Below are positions 12,480-25,744 of a DNA stretch of 64,000 nucleotides, piece after piece. The translations under genes were made by a program, and so were the position numbers. Each line of letters opens with the position of its first letter. Positions within the stretch are counted from its first letter, which is position 1. Location of the stretch: the NCBI GenBank assembly GCA_002269645.1, contig NIVC01001157.1:186001-250000 (forward strand), written 5' to 3'. The notes under the pieces were generated by a model. That model made no database searches. It was not told the origin of the DNA and saw only the letters and a program-made list of their open reading frames with translations. This stretch comes from Macrostomum lignano. Lineage: Eukaryota.

Positions 12480-14630
12480 GGGGAGTCAGAGAGGGGCGAT
12501 AGAAAGGGAAAAAAGGAGTGGAGTCAGAGAGGAGAGAAGGAGAGATGAGATTAATAGGGGAGATGAAGAGAGGACATAGAGAGGAGATAGAGGGGTAAGA
12601 CAGAGAAGCAAGTCAGAGAGAGGAGATGGAGAGAGGAGATAGAGAGAGGAGATAAAGAGGGGAGAGTAAGAGAAAGAAAAAAGGGGAGATGGAGAGGGGG
12701 ATAGAGAGGGAGATAGAGAGGGGATATGGAGAGGGGATGAAGAGGGGAGTAGAGAAAGGCGATAGACAGGGGAGATGGAGATAGAGAGGGGGATAGAGAG
12801 GGGGATAGAGAGGGAGATAGAGAGGGGGATAGAGAGGGGGATAGAGAGGGAGATAGAGAGGGGGATAGAGAGGGAGATAGAGAGGGGGATAGAGAGGGGG
12901 ATAGAGAGGGAGATAGAGAGGGGGATAAAAAGGGGGATAAAGAGGGAGACATAGAGGGGGATAGAGAGGGAGATAGAGAGGGGATATGGGGAGGGGATAA
13001 AGAGGGGAGTAGAGAAAGGCGATAGACAGGGGAGATGGAGATAGAGAGGGGGATAGAGAGGGGGATAGAGAGGGAGATAGAGAGGGGGATAAAAAGGGGG
13101 ATAAAGAGGGAGACATAGAGGGGGATAGAGAGGGATAGAGAGGGGGATTGAGAGGGATAGAGAGGGGGATTGAGAGGGGGATAGAGAGGGGGATTGAGAG
13201 GGGATAGAGAGGGGATAGAGAGGGGGATAGAGAGGGGGATTGAGAGGGGGATAGAGAGGGGGATAGAGAGGGGGATTGAGAGGGGGATAGAGAGGGGGAT
13301 TGAGAGGGGGATAGAGAGGGGGATTGAGAGGGGGATAGAGAGGGGGATTGAGAGGGGGATAGAGAGGGGGATTGAGAGGGGATAGAGAGGGGGATTGAGA
13401 GGGGGATAGAGAGGGGGATTGAGAGGGGGATAGAGAGGGGGATTGAGAGGGGGATAGAGAGGGGGATTGAGAGGGGGATAGAGAGGGGGATTGAGAGGGG
13501 GATAGAGAGGGGGATTGAGAGGGGATAGAGAGGGGGATTGAGAGGGGATAGAGAGGGGGATTGAGAGGGGGATAGAGAGGGGGATTGAGAGGGGATAGAG
13601 AGGGGGATTGAGAGGGGGATAGAGAGGGGGATAGAGAGGGGGATTGAGAGAGGGATAGAGAGGGGGATTGAGAGGGGGATAGAGAGGGGGATTGAGAGGG
13701 GGATAGAGAGGGGGATTGAGAGGGGGATAGAGAGGGGATTGAGAGGGGGATAGAGAGGGGATAGAGAGGGGGATTGAGAGGGGATAGAGATTGAGAGGGG
13801 ATTGAGAGAGGGGATTGAGAGGGGATTGAGAGGGGATAGAGAGGGGGATTGAGAGAGGGATAGAGAGGGGGATTGAGAGGGGGATAGAGAGGGGGATTGA
13901 GAGGGGATAGAGAGGGGGATTGAGAGGGGATAGAGAGGGGGATTGAGAGGGGGATAGAGAGGGGGATTGAGAGGGGGATAGAGAGGGGATTGAGAGGGGG
14001 ATAGAGAGGGGGATTGAGAGGGGATAGAGAGGGGGATTGAGAGGGGGATAGAGAGGGGGATTGAGAGGGGGATAGAGAGGGGGATTGAGAGGGGGATAGA
14101 GAGGGGGATTGAGAGGGGATTGAGAGGGGGATAGAGAGGGGGATTGAGAGGGGATAGAGAGGGGGATTGAGAGGGAGATAGAGAGGGGGATTGAGAGGGG
14201 GATAGAGAGGGGGATTGAGAGGGGATAGAGAGGGGGATTGAGAGGGGGATAGAGAGGGGGATTGAGAGGGGGATAGAGAGGGGGATTGAGAGGGGGATAG
14301 AGAGGGGGATTGAGAGGGGGATAGAGAGGGGGATTGTGAGGGGGATAGAGAGGGGGATTGTGAGGGGGATAGAGAGGGGGATTGTGAGGGGGATAGAGAG
14401 GGGGATTGTGAGGGGGATAGAGAGGGGGATTGAGAGGGGGATAGAGAGGGGGATTGTGAGGGGGATAGAGAGGGGGATTGTGAGGGGGATAGAGAGGGGG
14501 ATAGAGAGGGGATTGAGAGGGGGATAGAGAGGGGGATTGAGAGGGGATGAGGGGGATAGAGAGGGGATTGTGAGGGGATTGTGAGGGGGATAGAGAGGGG
14601 GATTGAGAGGGGGATGAAGGGGAGATGGGG
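12480..14630 (+). repeat. GA-rich 12-bp satellite (GAGAGGGGGATA / GAGAGGGGGATT)
   Basis: Visible; explains the 717-aa and 694-aa ORFs. Confidence 0.96.
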
Positions 14631-15104
14631 ATCATTCACTTCAATCGGTGTCCAGAAATCTTATTTTATTCTCCTTCATCGGCAGATGTCAGTTGAAGAA
14701 ACGAAAACTGCCTCTAGAAACGTGTCGATGCAACAAATTTCTTAGCTCTCGTCTCCACATTCCCTCACACATCTCTCAGCGACTCAGAACTCTATAGAAT
14801 GACTATTTTTATTCACTGTGTTGTTCTGCCTTCAACATCTGCGCACCACAGTGTGTTTCTTCGGTTCCTTTCGAGACAAAATCTCATTAGCCTGGCCAGG
14901 ACTCCGGTGAGCTGCCGGTCTGCATCATTTAGCTCAGAACCTGCTGGGCCGATCTCTGCCTGATGCACCATCTGCTTTGATGTTCTCTCCAGTCTCCCCA
15001 TCTCCTCACCCTCAGCTTTTTTCTAATAGCATAAACCCTACTGCTGACCGCTGACTGGGATGAATTCAATATGATGCTCTATCAACCATAAACAACCGCT
15101 CTCC

Positions 15105-16480
15105 TCTCCATCTCCCCCTCTATCTCCCTCTCCATCTCCCATCTCTATCTCGCCTCTCTATCTCCCTCTCTATCTCCCTCTCTATCTCCCCCTCTATCTC
15201 CCTCTCTATCTCCCTCTCTATCTCCCATCTCTATCTCCCTCTCTATCTCCCCCTCTATCTCCCCCTCTATCTCCCTCTCTATCTCCCTCTCTATCTCCCT
15301 CTCTATCTCCCTCTCTATCTCCCTCTCTATCTCCCTCTCTATCTCCCCCTCTATCTCCCTCTCTATCTCCCTCTCTATCTCCCATCTCTATCTCCCTCTC
15401 TATCTCCCCCTCTATCTCCCTCTCTATCTCCCTCTCTATCTCCCTCTCTATCTCCCTCTCTATCTCCCATCTCTATCTCCCTCTCTATCTCCCTCTCTAT
15501 CTCCCTCTCTATCTCCCTCTCTATCTCCCTCTCTATCTCCCTCTCTATCTCCCTCTCTATCTCCCTCTCTATCTCCCTCTCTATCTCCCTCTCTATCTCC
15601 CTCTCTATCTCCCTTTCTATCTCCCTCTCCAACTCCCATCTCTATCTCCCCCTCTATCTCCCTCTCTATCTCCCTCTCTATCTCCCTCTCTATCTCCCTC
15701 TCTATCTCCCTCTCTATCTCCCTCTCTATCTCCCCCTCTATCTCACTCTCTATCTCCCTCTCTATCTCCCTCTCTATCTCCCTCTCTATCTCCCTCTCTA
15801 TCTCCCTCTCTATCTCCCTCTCTATCTCCCTCTCTATCTCCCTCTCCAACTCCCATCTCTATCACCCTCTCTATCTCCCTCTCTATCTCCCTCTCTATCT
15901 CCCTCTCTATCTCCCTCTCTATCTCCCTCTCTATCTCCCTCTCTATCTCCCTCTCTATCTCCCTCTCTATCTCCCTCTCCATCTCCCTCTCTATCTCTCT
16001 CTCTATCTCTCCTCTCCATATCCCCTCTCTATCACCCTCTCTATCTCCCTCTCCATCTCCCTCTCTATCTCCCTCTCTATCTCCCTCTCTATCTCCCTCT
16101 CTATCTCCCTCTCTATCTCCCTCTCTATCTCCCTCTCTATCTCCCTCTCTATCTCCCTCTCTATCTCCCTCTCTATCTCCCTCTCTATCTCCCTCTCTAT
16201 CTCCCTCTCTATCTCCCTCTCTATCACCCTCTCTATCTCCCTCTCCATCTCCCTCTCTATCTCCCTCTCTATCTCCCTCTCTATCTCCCTCTCTATCTCC
16301 CTCTCTATCTCCCTCTCTATCTCCCTCTCTATCTCCCTCTCCATCTCCCTCTCTATCTCTCTCTCTATCTCTCCTCTCCATATCCCCTCTCTATCACCCT
16401 CTCTATCTCCCTCTCCATCTCCCTCTCTATCTCTCTCTCTATCTCTCCTCTCCATATCCCCTCTCTCCCCCTCTATCTAT
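15105..16480 (-). repeat. 12-bp satellite (CTCCCTCTCTAT), same family as 12480-14630 in opposite orientation
   Basis: Reverse complement AGAGAGGGAGAT matches monomers at about 12780-12910. Confidence 0.95.
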
Positions 16481-16844
16481 ATGAGACGATATTACTATAC
16501 TATACTATTAATATCAATAAATAAAACGATATGCGTGTTAAAAAATCTATAATATACTAGTAAGAATATAATTAAGCAGTCTTAGACTCTTTTGTGTTGA
16601 TGGGAATCGATTTTTCTGTCAGTGCGCTGCTGTCATCTCACGAGCCCTAAGGAAGCGAGTGGACGAACTACAGGATAAAATTGAAAACGTCTGATATGCA
16701 GTTAGTTGAAGTGTTGGAGAAGGTCCAAGGGAGTTAACGACTTGCTAGCTTGGGTTGCAACGCTTACGGAGAATTGAATATGGAGAAGGCGGGAACAGTA
16801 AAGCAGGCACAGACTGTGAAAACAGGGGTGAAGTAGGAAAAGAA

Positions 16845-16978
16845 CAGGGAGAGAGGGAAAGAGGGGGAGAGGGACAGAGGGAGAGGGAGAGGGTGAGAGG
16901 GGAGAGAGGGGGAGAGGGACAGAAGAAGAGAGGGGGAGAGAGAGAGAGAAGTAGATTAAGTCACAGAAAGAAGTAGAT

Positions 16979-17067
<89 letters not shown>

Positions 17068-17673
17068 GGAGAGAGGGAGAGAGAGAGGGGGAGAGAGAGA
17101 GCGAGAGAGAGAAGTAGATTAAGTCACAGAGAGAAGTAGATAAGAGAGAGAGAGACGGAGAGAGGGAGAGAAAGAGAGAGGGAGAAAGGGAGAGAGAGAG
17201 ACAGAGGGAGAGAGGGAGAGAGGGGGAGAGGGACAGAGGGAGAGAGGGAGAGAGAGAGGGGGAGAGAGAGAGCGAGAGAGAGAAGTAGATTAAGTCACAG
17301 AGAGAAGTAGATAAGAGAGAGAGACGGATATAGGGAGAGAAAGAGAGAGGGAGAGAGAGAGAGAGAGGGAGAGAGGGAGAGAGGGGAGAGAGAGAGGGAG
17401 AGAGGGAGAGAGGGGGAGAGGGACAGAGGGAGAGAGAGAGAGAGAGAGAGAGAGTGAGAGAGAGAGACAGAGGGAGAGAGGGAGAGAGGGGGAGAGGGAC
17501 AGAGGGAGAGAGGGAGAGAGAGAGGGGGAGAGAGAGAGCGAGAGAGAGAAGTAGATTAAGTCACAGAGAGAAGTAGATAAGAGAGAGAGACGGAGAGAAG
17601 GAGAGAAAGAGAGAGAGAGAGAAAGGGAGAGAGAGAGGGAGAGAGGGAGAGAGGGAGAGAGGGGGAGAGGGAC

Positions 17674-17758
<85 letters not shown>

Positions 17759-18030
17759 AGGAGGGGGGGGGGGGAGAGGGACAGAGGAAGAGAGGGAGAG
17801 AGAGAGGGGGAGGGAGAGAGAGAGAGAGAAGTAGATTAAGTCACAGAGAGAAGTAGATAAGAGAGAGAGAGACGGATATAGGGAGAGAAAGAGAGAGGGA
17901 GAGAGAGAGAGAGAGGGAGAGAGGGAGAGAGGGGGAGAGAGAGAGGGAGAGAGGGAGAGAGGGGGAGAGGGACAGAGGGAGAGAGAGAGAGAGAGAGAGA
18001 GTGAGAGAGAGAGGGAGAGAGGGAGACAGG
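16845..18030 (+). repeat. Compound (GA)n repeat with five copies of a ~35-bp core GAAGTAGATTAAGTCACAGAGAGAAGTAGATAAGAG
   Basis: Cores at about 16948, 17111, 17282, 17548 and 17828. Confidence 0.93.
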
Positions 18031-18654
18031 GGTGATAAAATCGCCCTAATGCTGGGCTGCGAGGCGGAACTGCAAGTGAAAATCTGGCACAGTTTAAAGC
18101 TTATCCTGATTGGAAATTCTGATTAAAATAGTGCTCAAAGGAAGCTGCCTGCCGCCTGAGCAGGCACGGAAATATTATGAGACGATTGAGTCCAAGTCTG
18201 TGCGCTAGCGAATCACAATTGAGAAAATTGCCAAGTAATTTGGTCAGACTCGCCCCATGGTTACAATCAGCGACTGCGAATTCGATTGCAGCAATAATTT
18301 CATGTCAATTTTTTGGTGAGAAAAGTTTTCATTTTCATTCCCGTTTTAGACTGATGGCGGAGACGCAGATTTAAATTTGTAGCCAAGGAAAAACTTTTTC
18401 GCTCCAGATTGTCGACAAGCTACTCTCGCGGAAGCGGCTGTGTAGAATTTCTTTACAAATTTGCATTTTGGGCGGCCTGTGTCAACAGGAGCGCCGTGTG
18501 GTGATATTTTATGCCGACTAGTTAGCTCTGCAGTCCTCAGATACCCAAGCAATGTGCGATCGCGGACACAAAATGCTACGCCTCAGACACCTAAAGTGGC
18601 TCCACTCAGACACCCAAAGTGGCTCCACTCAGACACCTAAACAGAGAATCAGAA

Positions 18655-19022
18655 GAGGAGAGAGAGACGAGGGGAGAGAAGAGGAGGGAAGAGAAGAGAG
18701 TGGAGAGATAGAAGGGGAAAGAAGAGGGGAGAGAAGAGGGGAGAGAGGAGGGGAGAGAGAGGAGGGGAGAGAGAGGAGGGGAGAGAGAGGAGGGGAGAGA
18801 GAGGAGGGGAGAGAGAGGAGGGAGAGAGAGGAGGGGAGAGAGAGGAGGGGAGAGAGAGGAGGGGAGAGAGAGGAGGGGAGAGAGGAAAGGGGAGGGAAAA
18901 GGGGAGAGACGAGGGGAGAGAGAGGAGGGGAGAGAGAGGAGAGGAGAGAGAGGAGGGGAGAGAGAGGAGGGGAGAGAGAGGAGAGGAGAGAGAGGAGGGG
19001 AGAGAGAGAAGGGGGAGAGAGC
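18655..19022 (+). repeat. GA-rich low-complexity repeat (GAGGGGAGAGAGAG)
   Basis: Visible. Confidence 0.93.
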
Positions 19023-19519
19023 TGAGAAGAGACACGAACCCTGAGCGGGCCGGGCCGGATTGCTATTGTGAAGTTTCAAAAAACTCGAGGGCCAAATAGA
19101 GAGAGGCTTCGCGGGCCGGAGTTGGCCATCATCCGGATTGATGGGTGCATTAACTATGCTGCAAATAGGGGGACAGCAACAGAATCAAACAGTATGGGAG
19201 AAAGACAGGGTAGACATTCTAAGCGGGCGCTCAGTCGGACCCCGTGGGAAAAGAGGAAGATGGATGGAGTGCAAAATAATGATGGGGATGCTCGCAGGTG
19301 GCTATAGCGATGAGAAACAGTCGACAATAGAGAAATTGGATGTCGGAGGTTGAAAGTCGTGAATCAAACGAAATGCATGCTTCAGAAATAGGTGAGATGT
19401 TGGGGAATTCACTGCTGACGGCTGCTCCTCCTGCTGGGATAAATACCGGTAGTTCCCAAACAAAAGCTCTGCAATTAGCTCCGAATCGACAATCCGGATT
19501 TACTGACAAGATTACCGAC

Positions 19520-21189
19520 ATGACTTTTCGGCGATGCTGCACCTTTGAAGTTGCGCTTGCTGTCTGTTTGACAGCTGCAATAGCCGCGGAAGTGATCAGT
19601 CCGGGTGTGCAATTCACCGCTGCCAGGACGGCCAGTGCTGTCGCTCCGTTGAACTTTCTCGATGTGCAGCCCGAAGACGGCGAGATCAGCTGCGGCATCG
19701 AGTGCAGCCGCAGGTCGCACTGTTTCGGCTTCTACTGGCTGCTCGGCGCGTGTCGGCTGTTCGACTTGCAGGCGTTTCTCAATGCCAGCGCCTGGGTCAG
19801 CACCGGCGCCTGTGACATCTTCGTGCGAGGTGGGTCACAACCTGATCCCCATTGCCAAGAGACAGGGGCGCCCACCAAGAGACAGGGGCGCCCACCAAGA
19901 GACAGGGACGCCAACCAAGAGACAGGGGCGCCAACCAAGAGACAGGGGCGCCCACCAAGAGACAAGGGCGCCCACCAAGAGACAGGGGCGCCCACCAAGA
20001 GACAGGGGCGCCAACTACGAGACAGGGGCGCCCACCAAGATACAGGGGCGCCCACCAAGAGACAAGGGCGCCCACCAAGAGACAGGGGCGCCCACCAAGA
20101 GACAAGGGCGCCCATCAAGAGACAAGGGATCCCACCAAGAGACAGGGGCGCCAACTACGAGACGGGGGCGCCAACCAAGAGACAGGGGCGCCAACCAAGA
20201 GACAGGGGCGCCAAATACGAGACGGGGGCGCCCACCAAGAGAAAGGGGGGCGCCCACCAAGAGACAGGGACGCCCACCAAGAGACAGGGGGTGCCCACCA
20301 AGAGACAGGGACGCCCACCAAGAGACAGGGGGCGCCAACCAAGAGACAGGGGCGCCAACCAAGAGACAGGGGCGCCAAATACGAGACGGGGGCGCCCACC
20401 AAGAGACAGGGACGCCCACCAAGAGACAGGGGGTGCCCACCAAGAGACAGGGACGCCCACCAAGAGACAAGGGGCGCCCACCAAGAGTCAGGGGGTGCCT
20501 ACCAAGAGACAGGGGGTGCCTACCAAGAGACAGGGACGCCCACCAAAAGACAGGGGGCGCCCACCAAGAGACAGGGGGTGCCCACCAAGAGACAGGGGGC
20601 GCCCACCAAGAGACAAGGACGCCCACCAAGAGACAAGGACGCCCACCAAGAGACAGGGGCGCCAACCAAGAAACAGGGGGCGCCCACCAAGACACCAAAT
20701 GCTGTTCTTAATTTGTGTTGCGGCCCCTCCAATTAAAATTGCCACACACGTCACTGCAACCAACCCGCCTGCCTGTTCCTATTAGTTACAGACTCTAAGA
20801 AACTGCCAATTGCCAGCTGCGGCCAGAGCTCATCGGTAGAGCCGTGCAGCCGCGCAATTGATGGCGGAACAAATCAACATTATCACAGGCATTCCTGCAC
20901 TCACACCAATAAAAACCTCAATGAGTGGTGGGAGGCCAGTCTCACGGCTCCATCTCTCGTGTCATTCGTTACCATCTACAACAGGCAGGACTGCTGCCCT
21001 GAGAGACTGAACAGTTTCGACATCCTTATGGACGGTTCCGTGTGTAACCAGGTGAGGCTCAGCGCTCCGTTCTCTGTGTCCAACTTCACCTGCAACGCCT
21101 TCGGCTCGAGAATCCGCATTTTGAGTCGCAGCAATGGCGCAGAATACGTCACCATCTGCGAGTTCATGGCCTATGGCATGCAAGGTTAG
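19520..21189 (+). CDS. Secreted PAN/apple-domain + F-type lectin (fucolectin, F5/8-type C fold) protein; join(19520..19829,20792..21189)
   Basis: Signal-like N-terminus; PAN pattern CGIECSRRSHCFGFYWLLGACRLF; phase-1 intron GTGGGT(19830)...CAG(20791), with an alternative in-frame AG at 20785; exon 2 has the exact F-lectin motif H-X26-R-X-D-X4-R (CTHTNKNLNEWW...YNRQDCCPER) and C-terminal TICEFMAYG. Confidence 0.9.
19855..20695 (+). repeat. 20-21-bp GC-rich minisatellite (CCAAGAGACAGGGGCGCCCA) filling the lectin intron
   Basis: Visible. Confidence 0.96.
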
Positions 21190-21647
21190 CGAGGTGTCGC
21201 CATTCGTTGCGATTAAAAACCAATTTTGAATCTGCTGGAGTTAAGTCTAACGCTTTCAACAAAGAATCAAGAAAAATACTGTAAAAATATTGATTACAAA
21301 GTTTAAACAATCACAAACATCAGAAAAATATTGGATAAATAAAAACTTTAACCGTCTGCTCCTGCTTTTGTTGACTTTCTAAGCAAAAAAATTATCTTTC
21401 TTTTGTCTACTAAACTCTCACTTCAAACTAAATGGAACTATTTGATTGTTTTCGTCTTGCGAAACTTTTAAAGTCCATCAATTTGATTTCATACTAACGT
21501 ACAAGTGTGAATTATTAGACCAACAATATAGGTTTTTGGTCAAAGTTACATAACTTTGAATTGAACGTATTGTGCCAGTTGTTGTAGCACAAGGTCTTGT
21601 CTTCCAAACTTCACTTTTGATTGGCTCGTGAGTGGTCTGTGTGATGA

Positions 21648-21648
21648 G

Positions 21649-21719
<71 letters not shown>
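21648..21719 (+). repeat. (GACA)n microsatellite
   Basis: Visible. Confidence 0.95.
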
Positions 21720-22315
21720 CTCTGCACTTCAGTGGACAGTGCAGTGAGTGCCCCAGCCAGCAGTTACCCGTGGTTCCCCGCACTCAAGAAGGGCGATTCT
21801 CAAGCAATCGACACTCCCCGTCGCCCGAATAGCCGCAATTAAATTTCTTGCATCCCCGTCCCGCTCTTCCGCAGCCATCTATCGATCGGAACTCGGTCTT
21901 TTCCGAGCCTGTGAAGTGCCGACTGTCACAAATCATTTTTCGCTTACCCCAAGCTGCTCTCATCTGCAGTCTCTTTCCCCTCCCCATCCTTGGACCAGCT
22001 CGGCCCGAGCTCATCTTGTCTGTCAATCAATGGGGCGTCAGAGGTCTCGAGAATTCTGTTTATTCTTCAGGGCCCGCCGCAGAGAACCAAAAATCGATTT
22101 CTCTTATGCCACTGAGCATTCCCTATTAATCTGCCTATTTGTATTGGTTATCTGCCAGTGGTGAATGAAAATCATTTGGACCTGATGTGTTGGCTATTAT
22201 TATTGACCGTGTGGGACCGCCGGCGCACTTGTCAACCAAATTATTGACCAACTATTCAAATGGACTCGAATATTTGCCAAATATTTCTTGATGGACTGAA
22301 AATGCTAGCGTCTGC

Positions 22316-23030
22316 TTCCCTCTCCTACCCTCTCCTACCCTCTCCTACCCTCTCATACCCTCTTCTACCCTCTCCTACCCTCTTCTACCCTCTCCTACCC
22401 TCTTCTACCCTCTCATATTCTCTCCTAGCCTCTCCTACCCTCTCCTACCCTCTTCTACCCTCTCCTACCCTCTTCTACCCTCTCATATTTTCTCCTAGCC
22501 CTCCTACCCTATCCTACCCTCTCCTATCCCCTCCTATCCTCTCCTACCCTCTCCTACCCTCTCCTACCCTCTCCTATCCTCTCCTACCCTCTTCTACCCT
22601 CTCATATTCTCTCCTAGCCCTCCTACCCTTTCCTACCCTCTCCTATCCTCTCCTATCCTCTCCTACCCTCTCCTACCCTCTCCTACCCTCTCCTATCCTC
22701 TCCTACCCTCTTCTACCCTCTCATATTCTCTCCTAGCCTCTCCTACCCTCTCCTACCCTCTCCTACCCTCTCCTACCCTCTCATATTCTCTCCTACCCTC
22801 TCCTAGCCTCTCCTACCCTCTCCTATCCCCTCCTATCCTCTCCTACCCTCTCCTACCCTCTCCTACCCTCTCCTACCCTCTCCTATCCCCTCCTATCCTC
22901 TCCTACCCTCTTCTACCCTCTCATATTCTCTCCTAGCCTCTCCTAGCCTCTCCTACCCTCTCCTACCCTCTCATATTCTCTCCTACCCTCTCCTACCCTC
23001 TCCTATCCTCTCCTACCCTCTCTTGCTCTC
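22316..23030 (+). repeat. 10-bp minisatellite (CTCTCCTACC)
   Basis: Visible. Confidence 0.96.
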
Positions 23031-23654
23031 TCCAACCTCTCCTACTCCCTTCATCCCTTTAGAACTCACTCCTCAACTCTTTTACCGACTTTCTCCATCG
23101 TTTTTCATCAAACTGATTCGAACTGCTGAGTCATACAATACTAGCGAAAAATTTCGCTGAAAAGAAATCTTTAACGATAAAAGCGCACTATAGGCCTAAC
23201 AGTAGCACGCAGCGGTGCGAACATTGGCTTTTTATTAATAGTTTTTTGCAAACTGAAGCAAGAAAAAAACCTAAAAGTGATATTCCATAGAAATTTTAAT
23301 AAATTTCTTCAGCTAGCTAAAAGGTTACCGTACTGCGCAATAACCTTGCAGACACAGGGGTAAAACACACACGTGTTCACCGCGTGCACTCTGCCGGCGT
23401 GAAAACGAGGATATTGAAATATAGGATGCAAAAGTTTTAGTGACATTTAAAACCTTTTTTATTCAGGTTGGAATTCCACAGGTCTTCGGATTCTGTCTAT
23501 CTGTTCGTCTAATTGCCCAATGGAAGAAAGAACATATTGTAGAGGTACGCATTTCACGCATTTTTTGTTTATCTATGCATTCGACTGAACTTTCCGTGAC
23601 TAAATATAGTGCAAGTGAATATCAGAGTTGAAAATCAGTCAGGAGTGGGTTAGA

Positions 23655-24335
23655 GACAGAGAGACAGGAGAGGAGAGAGAGAAGAGAGAGGAGAGAGAGG
23701 AGAGAGAGAGAGGAGAGAGGAGAGAGATGAGAGAGATGAGTAGAGAGAGGAGAGAGATGAGTAGAGAGAGGAGAGAGATGAGTAGAGAGAGATGAGAGAG
23801 ATGAGTAGAGAGAGATGAGAGAGATGAGTAGAGAGATTAGTAGAGAGAGGAAGGAGATGAGTAGAGAGAGGAGAGAGAAAGGAGAGAGATGAGTAGAGAG
23901 AGGAGAGAGATGAGTAGAGAGAGGAGAGAGATGAGTAGAGAGAGGAGAGAGATGAGTAGAGAGAGGAGAGAGAGAGAGAGAGAGGAGAGAGATGAGTAGA
24001 GAGAGGAGAGAGATGAGTAGAGAGAGGAGAGAGATAGAGAGAGGAGAGAGATGAGTAGAGAGAGGAGAGAGAGAGAGAGAGAGGAGAGAGATGAGTAGAG
24101 AGAGGAGAGAGATGAGTAGAGAGAGGAGAGAGAGAGAGAGAGGAGAGAGATGAGTAGAGAGAGAGGAGAGAGAGGAGAGAGAGAGGAGAGAGATGAGTAG
24201 AGAGAGAGGAGAGAGATGAGTAGAGAGAGGAGAGAGAGAGAGAGAGGAGAGAGATGAGTAGAGAGAGAGGAGAGAGATGAGTAGAGAGAGGAGAGTGACG
24301 AAGAAAGAGAGGAGAGATATAGCAAAGGGGAGAGA
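23655..24335 (+). repeat. GA-rich repeat (GAGAGAGGAGAGAGATGAGTA)
   Basis: Visible. Confidence 0.95.
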
Positions 24336-24923
24336 GATGCAGATGTAACGCAGAGAAGGGGAGGCCACTGCAGTCACAGCCCTGACAACACATGAACTGA
24401 AGGCCACTGAAGCCTTGCAGCAGAGCCAGTGGAAGGGCCCTGGCAAGTCAGAATCTGAGATCTATCAAATTTCAGCAAGCCTGTCAGTCGGCCAGGATCT
24501 GATTAGCAAAGCACATCTGGCTCCGGGGATAAGATTGAATTGGAAATTAAAAGGCAGACTTGAATGCAGGCTGAGCTCCCATGCGCATGTATCTGATAGT
24601 CCTTGTCTATGCAAAGCTTTAGGGATAAAAGTTTATGCTGCGATTCTCTCCCGGGCTCTGTCGGGAAACTTTGTCTTCCATTGCTGAGATTTTGCTGGAG
24701 GGGCGGGATTCGCTCTGATCCTTAATTCCCTCTTTACCCCTTCCTTATGAAGCTTTGCCGATCCCCTGAAGGTCATAAAAGTACATCGGAAGTTTTTCTA
24801 GTCGGGTTTATAAACAACTCGTTTTTGTGCTGGGGGGGGGAGCCACCGTATGTTTTTGAATACATAAGTTGGTACACGTGCACTTTTCTGAATCTGCGTT
24901 GTAACAGACCAGTTTGGGACCAC

Positions 24924-24924
<1 letters not shown>

Positions 24925-24956
<32 letters not shown>

Positions 24957-25711
24957 TAGTGTCTGTCTGTCTGTCTGTTAGTCTGTCTTAGCGTCTGTCT
25001 TAGTATGTCTTAGTGTCTGTCTTAGTGTCTGTCTTAGTATCTGTCTTAGTATCTGTCTTAGTGTCTGTCTTAGTGTCTGTCTTAGTGTCTGTCTTAGTGT
25101 CTGTCTTAGTATCTGTCTTAGTGTCTGTCTTAGTGTCTGTCTTAGTATCTGTCTTAGTGTCTGTCTTAGTGTCTGTCTTAGTGTCTGTCTTAGTGTCTGT
25201 CTTAGTATCTGTCTTAGTGTCTGTCTTAGTATCTGTCTTAGTGTCTGTCTTAGTGTCTGTCTGTCTGTCTGTCTTAGTCTCTGTCTTAGTGTCCGTCTGT
25301 CTGTCTGTTAGTCTGTCTTAGCGTCTGTCTTAGTATGTCTTAGTGTCTGTCTTAGTATCTGTCTTAGTGTCTGTCTTAGTATCTGTCTTAGTGTCTGTCT
25401 TAGTGTCTGTCTGTCTGTCTGTCTTAGTCTCTGTCTTAGTGTCCGTCTGTCTGTCTGTTAGTCTGTCTTAGCATCTGTCTTAGTATCTGTCTTAGTGTCT
25501 GTCTTAGTATCTGTCTTAGTGTCTGTCTTAGTGTCTGTCTTAGTGTCTGTCTTAGTATCTGTCTTAGTGTCTGTCTTAGTGTCTGTCTTAGTGTCTGTCT
25601 GTCTGTCTGTCTGTTAGTCTGTCTTAGCGTCTGTCTTAGTATCTGTCTTAGTGTCTGTCTTAGTGTCTGTCTTAGTATCTGTCTTAGTGTCTGTCTTAGT
25701 ATCTGTCTTAG

Positions 25712-25744
<33 letters not shown>

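Noticed and set aside
14813-15001. Short minus-strand ORF with coding-like look between satellites
   Set aside because: No recognisable domain or convincing splice partners.
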